From the NCBI GenBank assembly GCA_964459435.1, contig CAYWLU010000001.1, forward strand, positions 11,151 to 59,765: 48,615 nt of DNA, read 5' to 3'. The notes beneath the pieces were generated by a model, which ran no database searches, had not been told where the DNA came from, and was given only the letters and a program-made list of their open reading frames with translations. Shown here one piece after another: positions 6,540-13,258 of the stretch; the first letter of the stretch is position 1; every line of letters begins with the position of its first letter. The translations under genes were made by a program, and so were the position numbers. Origin of the DNA: an uncultured Candidatus Peribacteria bacterium (GTDB taxonomy: Bacteria; Patescibacteriota; Gracilibacteria; UBA4473).

Positions 6540-7046
6540 ATGACTGACGACAATAATCAAAATCAGAAGCAAGGAGATACTCAACCAACTCCTCCTGTTC
6601 CACAGGCTGGTCAAGCTCAACCTGCTGAAACTCAACCTCCTGCTCAAACTACTCCCCCAGACCCTAACTCCCGAGTTGGACAATTAGGGGTCAGAGATAA
6701 AAACATCTTTACTATCCCTGCTCATCCCAACACAACTTTTGATGATAAAAACTTTCTTACTCTATTGGAAGGTTCTATTTCTCTTACTATGGAGGAAAAG
6801 AAGCGAGTTATTGATGCTATTCCACGACTAAAAATAGAACAAATAAATGAACTTATTAAAATTTTTGAAGAAGAAAAACAGAAGTTCTCAGAACTAGAAA
6901 AAGAGTTTTCTGATGATGTTTCTAAATTAAAGAAAGAACGAGAAAAAGAAATTCATATAGGAGAAATCAAACAAGAAGAACAAACTGAAAGCGCCTCCGA
7001 AAACGAAGAAGCCGAAGCTCTCAAAAGAAAATTAATGGGAAGCTAG
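6540..7046 (+). CDS. Hypothetical protein with Pro/Gln-rich N-terminus and coiled-coil acidic C-terminus
   Basis: ATG ORF with a low-complexity PTPPVPQAGQAQPAETQPPAQTTPP segment, followed by a charged helical region. No family recognised. Confidence 0.5.
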   Translation: MTDDNNQNQKQGDTQPTPPVPQAGQAQPAETQPPAQTTPPDPNSRVGQLGVRDKNIFTIPAHPNTTFDDKNFLTLLEGSISLTMEEKKRVIDAIPRLKIEQINELIKIFEEEKQKFSELEKEFSDDVSKLKKEREKEIHIGEIKQEEQTESASENEEAEALKRKLMGS

Positions 7047-7127
7047 TCCACAGTCTATAGTTAATAGTCTATAGTTAATAGTCTTTAGTTTTTAGCAATT
7101 AGCTAATGGCTAATTACTAACTTAGAA
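7044..7127 (+). repeat. 12-unit tandem heptamer array with TAG every 7 nt, starting at the stop codon of ORF 6540-7046
   Basis: Units: tagtcca cagtcta tagttaa tagtcta tagttaa tagtctt tagtttt tagcaat tagctaa tggctaa ttactaa cttagaa. TAG falls at 7044, 7058, 7065, 7072, 7079, 7086, 7093 and 7100. Confidence 0.9.
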
Positions 7128-7162
7128 TTTTATACATAATACTTAATACATTATACATAACG
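7128..7162. repeat. Heptamer array of the (T/A)TAATAC type
   Basis: tttatac ataatac ttaatac attatac ataac. Related arrays lie at 21741-21779, 23187-23232 and 25241-25270. Confidence 0.7.
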
Positions 7163-7172
7163 CTCTAACAGC

Positions 7173-7184
7173 ATATTATAATAT
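7173..7184. repeat. All-AT palindrome ATATTATAATAT
   Basis: gcATATTATAATATcc in a convergent intergenic region, followed 8 nt later by a TTGAAGA array. Confidence 0.8.
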
Positions 7185-7192
7185 CCATCCTT

Positions 7193-7218
7193 AATTGAAG
7201 ATTGAAAATTGAAGATTG
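7193..7218 (+). repeat. TTGAAGA heptamer array abutting the stop of ORF 7221-7667
   Basis: aattgaagattgaaaattgaagattg. Confidence 0.85.
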
Positions 7219-7220
7219 TT

Positions 7221-7667
7221 TCATCCTCCCGCATAAGAAGAAGCAATAATTGTTTTTACTAACACATAAGAACCAACAATTACAACAAGTCCTACAAGTG
7301 ACCAAATCAGTCCTTTTTTAGCATTAGCTATTTTATCAGATTCTCCAACAGCCGTTATCAAGGTAAAGCAATTCAGTACTATAAAAAGTACTGCCAACGC
7401 TGCCGCAACTCCCGTCAATCCATTACCAAATTTCTGCATAATATTTGTTATATCGGTTACATCACCAGTAAGTTTGTTTATTTCAGCATTTGGGCTTCCA
7501 TCAATCGTTATTCCTGGTAAATGAGCTGGTCTAGTTTTTGATTCCGCGGGAAGAAGTTTATTAATAGCATCATTTAAATCATACGGTGGAATATCCTTTT
7601 CTTCTGCAAAAACCACCCCACTAAGGCTAAAAAATAATATAAAACTAAAAATAAATATTTTTTTCAT
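7221..7667 (-). CDS. VirB2/TrbC-like pilin-domain protein
   Basis: Signal peptide MKKIFIFSFILFFSLSGVVFA, then two C-terminal TM helices with the loop AVGESDKIANAKKG. Confidence 0.6.
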   Translation of the reverse strand: MKKIFIFSFILFFSLSGVVFAEEKDIPPYDLNDAINKLLPAESKTRPAHLPGITIDGSPNAEINKLTGDVTDITNIMQKFGNGLTGVAAALAVLFIVLNCFTLITAVGESDKIANAKKGLIWSLVGLVVIVGSYVLVKTIIASSYAGG

Positions 7668-8371
7668 TAGGTTGCAAGGAAGAAATAAAGAGCTTTCATT
7701 AGAGAATAACTAACGACTATAAATATTACTCCCAGCAAAGCATACATAAAGAATGTTTTAGATTTTTCAAGATCCTCGTCATTTCCAGAAGCATAAATCA
7801 ATCTAATTCCAGAAAAAATAAACATGATCATTACGATAGGGGCAACAAATTTCAGTAAAATATCAATTATCCGTGGAATATATTGTAGCCCAAATTTCTG
7901 ATCCCCAGCATAACCAATCACTCCCGCTGGTTGAACATTTTTTTCTGCAACTCTGAGAGCGTCTATTGTTGCTGAAATTTCTTTTTCTTTGTCTCCAATT
8001 TCTTTATTTTTGTTCCATATTTTTTCATCAATTTTCTTTATTTCATCCTCTATCGTAAAATATTCTATATCCATTGAATCTATAGAATCTTCATCAGGAA
8101 CTGAAGGAAGTCCTAATCGTAATCTTTCTCCTATAGAAACGCCTAATTCCGTATTCTTATTTGTCAGCTCCTTTTCAAATCCAGGCAGCTCATCTTCTAA
8201 ATCTTTTAATTCTTCTTTCATAGTTTTAGTAGCCCCATCTATTTCTGTTTGGATAGTATCTGCCCCCCACCAAGAAGGGAAAAGAACTTTTTCCATACCT
8301 TCATTAAGACCTTGAGCAGAGACTATTCCACTTATAAGGATCAACCCAATTCCTAAAAATACTTTTTTCAT
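7667..8371 (-). CDS. VirB2/TrbC-like pilin-domain protein with a long coiled-coil ectodomain
   Basis: Signal peptide MKKVFLGIGLILISGIVSA, C-terminal TM-loop-TM (..IFSGIRLIYASGNDEDLEKSKTFFMYALLGV..). Its stop and start overlap the neighbouring genes by 1 nt, which suggests one operon. Confidence 0.55.
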   Translation of the reverse strand: MKKVFLGIGLILISGIVSAQGLNEGMEKVLFPSWWGADTIQTEIDGATKTMKEELKDLEDELPGFEKELTNKNTELGVSIGERLRLGLPSVPDEDSIDSMDIEYFTIEDEIKKIDEKIWNKNKEIGDKEKEISATIDALRVAEKNVQPAGVIGYAGDQKFGLQYIPRIIDILLKFVAPIVMIMFIFSGIRLIYASGNDEDLEKSKTFFMYALLGVIFIVVSYSLMKALYFFLAT

Positions 8372-8772
8372 TACCCAGAAAAATTAATACCAATAATAAA
8401 TCTCACAACAGCTACCGCTAAAATCGCAATAGTTGCTCCCACTGCCGTCCAAAAAATAATGTCCTTCGCTTTCTGTTTCATTTCCGATTCTCCAGAACTA
8501 ATTACAAGATAAACTCCAGCAACAATAATCATCCCTACACAAATTGCTAAAAAAATCATTAAGAGTCTATTAGTAACTCCCGGAATTAAATTTTTTACCA
8601 CATATTCCTGTCCACTAGCACCTTCTATTCGTCCTGTAACTTTATTAACCTCTCCCCCCGTACTAATTGCTGGACCTGGAAGAACTCCGCCATGAAACAC
8701 TGGAGGAACTCCAGAAGCTAATACTCCTTCCAAAGAAAGAAATAAACTTAAAATAAAAATTAATTTTTTCAT
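8371..8772 (-). CDS. VirB2/TrbC-like pilin-domain protein
   Basis: ATG at 8772 (MKKLIFILSLFLSLEGVLA) is preferred. C-terminal TM-loop-TM (..VYLVISSGESEMKQKAKDIIFWTAVG..). Confidence 0.6.
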   Translation of the reverse strand: MKKLIFILSLFLSLEGVLASGVPPVFHGGVLPGPAISTGGEVNKVTGRIEGASGQEYVVKNLIPGVTNRLLMIFLAICVGMIIVAGVYLVISSGESEMKQKAKDIIFWTAVGATIAILAVAVVRFIIGINFSG

Positions 8773-8845
8773 ATATATCAATAATACACCAAGTTAATAC
8801 TAAAGGTTAAAAATAAAATTTAAAAGTTTTCATGCCCCCAGTATT

Positions 8846-8931
8846 GTCATTGCGAGAGAGTGAAACAATCGAAGCAATCTCATAATCTCAAGCAAGAGAT
8901 TGCCACGCTCCCTATAGTCGCTCGCAATGAC
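8846..8931. repeat. Family A hairpin repeat (reverse orientation of 1581-1666)
   Basis: GTCATTGCGAG at 8846-8856 and CTCGCAATGAC at 8921-8931. The right half, gagattgccacgctccctatagtcgctcgcaatgac, is the reverse complement of the left half of copy 1581-1666. Confidence 0.8.
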
Positions 8932-8965
8932 AGCTTTGTAAAAAGCTATAAATTTGCAATAAATA

Positions 8966-8994
8966 TTGAAAAAGTCTCATATTTATGCTATAAT
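8966..8994 (+). promoter_or_regulatory. Sigma70-type promoter for pilT (TTGAAA, 17 nt, TGcTATAAT)
   Basis: TTGAAA at 8966-8971, a 17-nt spacer, and an extended -10 TGC+TATAAT at 8986-8994. The predicted TSS near 9001 would give a leader of about 15 nt with no Shine-Dalgarno. Confidence 0.55.
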
Positions 8995-9016
8995 AAAAAG
9001 ATAATCTCAACTTAAA

Positions 9017-10201
9017 ATGCCAGAAGAGAAAAAACCTATTCAACAAACTACTACTCCACTAGGAACTACTGTTCCTGAAGACAAACCTATTGTTGGTGCT
9101 AATATACCTAATCTAGTTAACAAGGAAGTCTCCGAAGGATTTAAAACCATCTATCACTCCGACTCCAATGTTACTGGACATATTGCCAAACTTTTACTCA
9201 AATTAGTTCAAGCTGGAGCATCAGATGTTTTCTTATCTTCTGGGTCTCTTCCTGCTTGTCAAATAGACGGAACAACTGCTTTTATCGAAGGAGAAGAAAT
9301 AGTAAAAACAGAAAAACTTTTAGAAGTCTTGAGTGATTATGACCAAAAAAAATTACTAGAAAATCTTGGACAGGATTTTGGGGTATCCATTGAGGGAGGT
9401 TATCGCTTCCGAGCAAATGCTTTTTTACAAAAAAATGGACTCTCTATTGCTTTCCGAGTAATTCCTTCCAAAATTCCAAGTTTTGAAGAACGAGGTTTAC
9501 CAGAACAATTAAAACGAATTGTAGATATGGATTCTGGATTAGTAATTGTAACTGGATCAACTGGATCTGGTAAATCATCTACACTAGCGACTATTGTGGA
9601 TCTTATTAATGAAAATCACCAAAAACATATTATTACTATTGAAGACCCCATTGAGTTTATCCATCACAATAAAAAATCGCTAATAGAGCAACGGGAAGTT
9701 GGTTTACATGCTAAAAGTTTTGACCGAGCGCTCCGTTCTGCTTTGAGAGAAGCACCAGATGTAATTCTTGTCGGAGAATTGCGAGATCTAGAAACAACAG
9801 CTCTGGCTCTTACTGCCGCGGAGACTGGATCACTTGTTCTCGCTACCTTACATGCCAATAGTGCTCCAAGCGCTGTAACTCGTATGATAGATATCTTTCC
9901 GAATGCTCAACAAAATCAAATTCGCAGTCAATTAGCCCAATCATTACAAGCCATTATTTGGCAAACTCTAATACCTAATAAGTCAGGCACGGGACGATCT
10001 TGTGTATTTGAAGTTATGTTCCGAAACTATGCGGTTAGTACTATGATTCGAGATAATAAAGTTTATCAGCTAAAATCTGTTATTGAAACTAGTAAAAAAG
10101 CTGGCATGATTCCCGTAAAAGATTGTTTAGAAGAGTTAGTTAAACAAGATAAAATAGAAATAGAAATCGCTCAAAATATTTTGAATAACCATGTATCGTA
10201 A
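9017..10201 (+). CDS. pilT: Type IV pilus retraction ATPase PilT-like
   Basis: Walker A GSTGSGKSST, Asp box IITIEDPIEF, Walker B DVILVGELRD, His box TGSLVLATLHANSA. It has an N-terminal extension of about 50 aa. Confidence 0.85.
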   Translation: MPEEKKPIQQTTTPLGTTVPEDKPIVGANIPNLVNKEVSEGFKTIYHSDSNVTGHIAKLLLKLVQAGASDVFLSSGSLPACQIDGTTAFIEGEEIVKTEKLLEVLSDYDQKKLLENLGQDFGVSIEGGYRFRANAFLQKNGLSIAFRVIPSKIPSFEERGLPEQLKRIVDMDSGLVIVTGSTGSGKSSTLATIVDLINENHQKHIITIEDPIEFIHHNKKSLIEQREVGLHAKSFDRALRSALREAPDVILVGELRDLETTALALTAAETGSLVLATLHANSAPSAVTRMIDIFPNAQQNQIRSQLAQSLQAIIWQTLIPNKSGTGRSCVFEVMFRNYAVSTMIRDNKVYQLKSVIETSKKAGMIPVKDCLEELVKQDKIEIEIAQNILNNHVS

Positions 10202-10255
10202 GAAAGTCTAAAAGTTAAAAAGTTTAAAAACTAAAAAGATATAAAGCCCAAATAG

Positions 10256-10269
10256 TATATTATAATATA
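10256..10269. repeat. All-AT palindrome TATATTATAATATA
   Basis: Perfect 14-nt palindrome in the convergent pilT/LCP intergenic region, followed by a TTGAAGA array. Confidence 0.85.
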
Positions 10270-10280
10270 ATACTCAACCT

Positions 10281-10313
10281 TAATTGAAGATTGAAGATTG
10301 ATAATTGAAGATT
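10281..10313 (+). repeat. TTGAAGA heptamer array abutting the stop of the LCP gene
   Basis: aattgaagattgaagattgataattgaagattt. Confidence 0.85.
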
Positions 10314-10316
10314 TAT

Positions 10317-11660
10317 CTAATTTGTTCCTAAAATAATCTGAATATCTATTAAATTGTTCGGATCTATTGATTCTACTAATACATTTTCTAGATGACTGGT
10401 TTCAAGCAAACTAGCTAAAAAATTTGTAGTTTTAAGAGTTTTTTCTGGAGTAAAATTTTTGAGAAAAGTCTTATATACTGGAATATCTGAATCATAATTA
10501 CCTACTTCAATGATATGCAAACCTAAACGACGAAGTCGTTCTGCAATTTTTGATGCTTTACCTTCTAATTTAGAACCATTAAGAACAGATATTTGAGCAT
10601 TTTCTAAAAGAATCTCTGGATGAATTAAAACTAAATCTAAAAATGTCTGCGTATCTTTTAGGTTCTCTGGTAATAAAACATATTGACCACCATAAAATTC
10701 CATAGCTGGAGTAAACAAAAATCCTCCCCGCTTCATAACATCGTCATTAAGAACCGCCGAAACTGCATTAGAGTAATCAATAGCTAGTCCCATCTTTGCC
10801 AAAGCCACAACCTGAGTCAGACCCAAGTCAGTATTAACATGCTTACGATAAATCTGGAAAAATTCAGCCAATTTACCAAAATCAGTTAAAAGACTTAAAT
10901 CTTCGGCTCTTTTTCGAAGAGCAAGAATGAGGTCTTGTTGTCTTTGTGCCCGATCATAGTCCGATGAAGTTTTTCTACTTCGAGCATATTTAAGAGCAGT
11001 TGCTCCATCTAAATGTTGCAACCCTTTTCTAATCACAAATGTTTGATAACCATAATCTCTATCTGGATAAAAAGGATCTTCTATGTCTGTTGGCACAAAA
11101 ATTTCTATTCCATTAAGAGCATCTACGACTTCCTCAAAAACCTTAAAATTAATTACTGCTCCATAATGGATTCTAATTCCAGAAAACTCAGATATAGCAC
11201 TCTTAATAATTTCTAAACCTTTTCTATCTCCATGTTTATAACGAGCGGCAGCATATATTTCATTAAGTTTTCTTTCTCCTATTTTAGAAGGAATAAATAA
11301 ATCTCTAGGTAAACTCAAAAATGCCACCGAAGGATTTTGCGGATTAAAAGAAGCAATCATGATGGAATCTGAAAGATTTCCTCCTTCTGCCCCATCTCCT
11401 CCCACTCCCAGTAATAGAATATTCGTATGACCATTAGAATCTTGACTCAAAGGACCAAGGGAAAGAATATCTCTTGTTTTTTGAGCAAAATGAAAATCTG
11501 AACTCATAATTGCAGAAGCTATCCCAAAAACAATTGATAAACTAATTATGATAGCCAAAACTACTGATAGCTTGGGTCCAAAGTATCTGACCCACCTTCT
11601 CCACCATTTGTTTTTTATTTTTTGCTGATTCCTAGATATCTTGCGAACTTTAAAATTCAT
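10317..11660 (-). CDS. LytR-CpsA-Psr (LCP) family cell-envelope transferase
   Basis: N-terminal TM anchor, then LLLGVGGDG...NLSDSIMIASFNP...LSLPRDL, which is typical of LCP domains, followed by a C-terminal LytR_C-like region. Confidence 0.85.
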   Translation of the reverse strand: MNFKVRKISRNQQKIKNKWWRRWVRYFGPKLSVVLAIIISLSIVFGIASAIMSSDFHFAQKTRDILSLGPLSQDSNGHTNILLLGVGGDGAEGGNLSDSIMIASFNPQNPSVAFLSLPRDLFIPSKIGERKLNEIYAAARYKHGDRKGLEIIKSAISEFSGIRIHYGAVINFKVFEEVVDALNGIEIFVPTDIEDPFYPDRDYGYQTFVIRKGLQHLDGATALKYARSRKTSSDYDRAQRQQDLILALRKRAEDLSLLTDFGKLAEFFQIYRKHVNTDLGLTQVVALAKMGLAIDYSNAVSAVLNDDVMKRGGFLFTPAMEFYGGQYVLLPENLKDTQTFLDLVLIHPEILLENAQISVLNGSKLEGKASKIAERLRRLGLHIIEVGNYDSDIPVYKTFLKNFTPEKTLKTTNFLASLLETSHLENVLVESIDPNNLIDIQIILGTN

Positions 11661-11706
11661 CGGGCAAATTGTAGGAGAATTTTTTCATTCGTCAAAAACA
11701 TCCTAT

Positions 11707-11803
11707 GTCATTGCGAGTTCGCCATACTTGCCTACCTTGGTGGGGCGAACATGGCAATCTCTTCTTTATGATTATGAGATTGCTTCGCTTTGCTCGCAAT
11801 GAC
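11707..11803. repeat. Family A hairpin repeat overlapping the 5' end of the MurL-like gene
   Basis: GTCATTGCGAG at 11707-11717 and CTCGCAATGAC at 11793-11803. The ATG at 11799 lies inside the right arm. Confidence 0.8.
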
Positions 11804-13178
11804 AACATATGTATTATTCACATTGATGACTCCTATTTACCAAACTTTTATTTTTGAAGATTTTTCTTTTGATCAAGAGAATAAAAAATTAATTCTGAAA
11901 TACTCTCTAGATGAAGAATTGTTTTTCACAGAAGAAGTAATTTTTGATTTTAAGTTTATAGAAAATATTAATAAAAAAGCCCTCCAAAATGCTTTATTTG
12001 GTGTTTGGGTTATGCTTGGAATCTCTTATTTCAAAACTTTTCTTCCTCCTGAGATTAAATTCAAAAAATATGGACTCACTTCTGATCAAGCAAAATTCTT
12101 CCAAAAAACTTGGGAAAAGGGTCTAGGAGAATTCTTTTACCAAAATAAAATCTCCCCAAAAGGAAAAATAAACTTTTCAAGTGATGAAAAATCCGCATTA
12201 ACAAATTCTGTCTCCTTAGCTGTCTCAGGCTCTATTATGCCTCTGGGAGGAGGTAAAGATTCTTTAGTAACCGCCGAAATCTTAAAAGAAAACAATGAAG
12301 ATTTTTCCACTTGGACAGTAGGAGAGTTTCCTTTTCTACAAAATATGGTTGATAAACTAGAAGTTCCACATTTAATGGTTAAGCGTCATATAGATCTAAA
12401 ACTTCTAGATTTAAATAAAAATGGTGCCCTAAATGGACATGTTCCTATTTCGGCTATATTAGCTTTCCTAGGAGTAACAAGTGCTATTCTTACAGGCAAA
12501 AAAAACATCATTCTCTCTAATGAGAATTCTGCGAGTGAACCAACAGTAGAAGATATTAATCATCAGTATTCTAAATCTTTGGAATTCGAAAAAGATTTTC
12601 AAGAATATGTAAAAAGTTTTATCTCACCAGACCTAAATTATTTTTCTTTTCTCCGTCCCCTATCAGAACTAAAAATCGCTCAAATCTTTTGTGAAAAATG
12701 TTTAGATAAATATGAAAAAGACTTTTCTTCCTGTAATCGCAATTTTAAAATCAAAAATCAAAAATCAAAAAATCTAACTTGGTGCGGAGAATGTCCTAAA
12801 TGTGCTTTTGTATTTGCAATCTTTGCCCCGTTTCTAGAAAGAGACAAACTTCTAGCTCTTTTTGGCAAAAATCTTTTTGCAGATAATAATTTAGACCAAA
12901 CTTTTCGAGAACTTCTAGGACTAGAAAAAACGAAACCCTTTGAATGTGTTGGAGAAATAGAAGAAGTAAGAAAGGCTTTAGAAATGTCTAAAGATAAATG
13001 GCCAGAATTATCTAAATTTGATTTCCCTAAACCTAATTTTGATCTAGAAGAACTTAATCCGCATTTGATGCCAGAAAGGTTTGAAAAAATATTTAACCTT
13101 CACATATCCAATATTACAAATATCTGTCATACCGGATTTATTCCGGTATCTAGTCATAAAAATAATGCAAATAATTAA
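11799..13178 (+). CDS. PP-loop (GGGKDS) protein, probable MurL-type UDP-MurNAc-L-Ala-L-Glu epimerase
   Basis: ATP-pyrophosphatase-like motif PLGGGKDSLV and a C-terminal CGECPKC motif. About 460 aa, lying directly upstream of and in the same orientation as a MurD2-like ligase. Start is uncertain (ATG 11799 inside a repeat, or ATG 11826). The last roughly 17 codons come from repeat 13125-13214. Confidence 0.55.
   Translation: MTTYVLFTLMTPIYQTFIFEDFSFDQENKKLILKYSLDEELFFTEEVIFDFKFIENINKKALQNALFGVWVMLGISYFKTFLPPEIKFKKYGLTSDQAKFFQKTWEKGLGEFFYQNKISPKGKINFSSDEKSALTNSVSLAVSGSIMPLGGGKDSLVTAEILKENNEDFSTWTVGEFPFLQNMVDKLEVPHLMVKRHIDLKLLDLNKNGALNGHVPISAILAFLGVTSAILTGKKNIILSNENSASEPTVEDINHQYSKSLEFEKDFQEYVKSFISPDLNYFSFLRPLSELKIAQIFCEKCLDKYEKDFSSCNRNFKIKNQKSKNLTWCGECPKCAFVFAIFAPFLERDKLLALFGKNLFADNNLDQTFRELLGLEKTKPFECVGEIEEVRKALEMSKDKWPELSKFDFPKPNFDLEELNPHLMPERFEKIFNLHISNITNICHTGFIPVSSHKNNANN
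12747..12774 (+). repeat. AAAATCA heptamer tract inside the MurL-like CDS
   Basis: aaaatca aaaatca aaaatca aaaaatc, translated as ..FKIKNQKSKN.. just before the CGECPKC motif. Confidence 0.75.
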
Positions 13179-13214
13179 TTCACAGCTAGATCCCGCAATA
13201 AATGCGGGATGACA
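13125..13214 (+). repeat. Family B double-hairpin repeat spanning the 3' end of the MurL-like CDS
   Basis: tgtcataccggatttattccggtatcta...gctagatcccgcaataaatgcgggatgaca. It encodes the terminal CHTGFIPVSSHKNNANN plus the stop. Confidence 0.8.
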
Positions 13215-13258
13215 CAGAAAGGAGATGACAATATATTGGTATACAAATTCATATAAAC

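Noticed and set aside
7044-7218. Tandem repeats and palindromes considered as CRISPR arrays
   Set aside because: The units are 7 nt and contiguous, with no spacers. The larger hairpin repeats are dispersed singly, not regularly spaced with unique spacers, and no cas genes are present.
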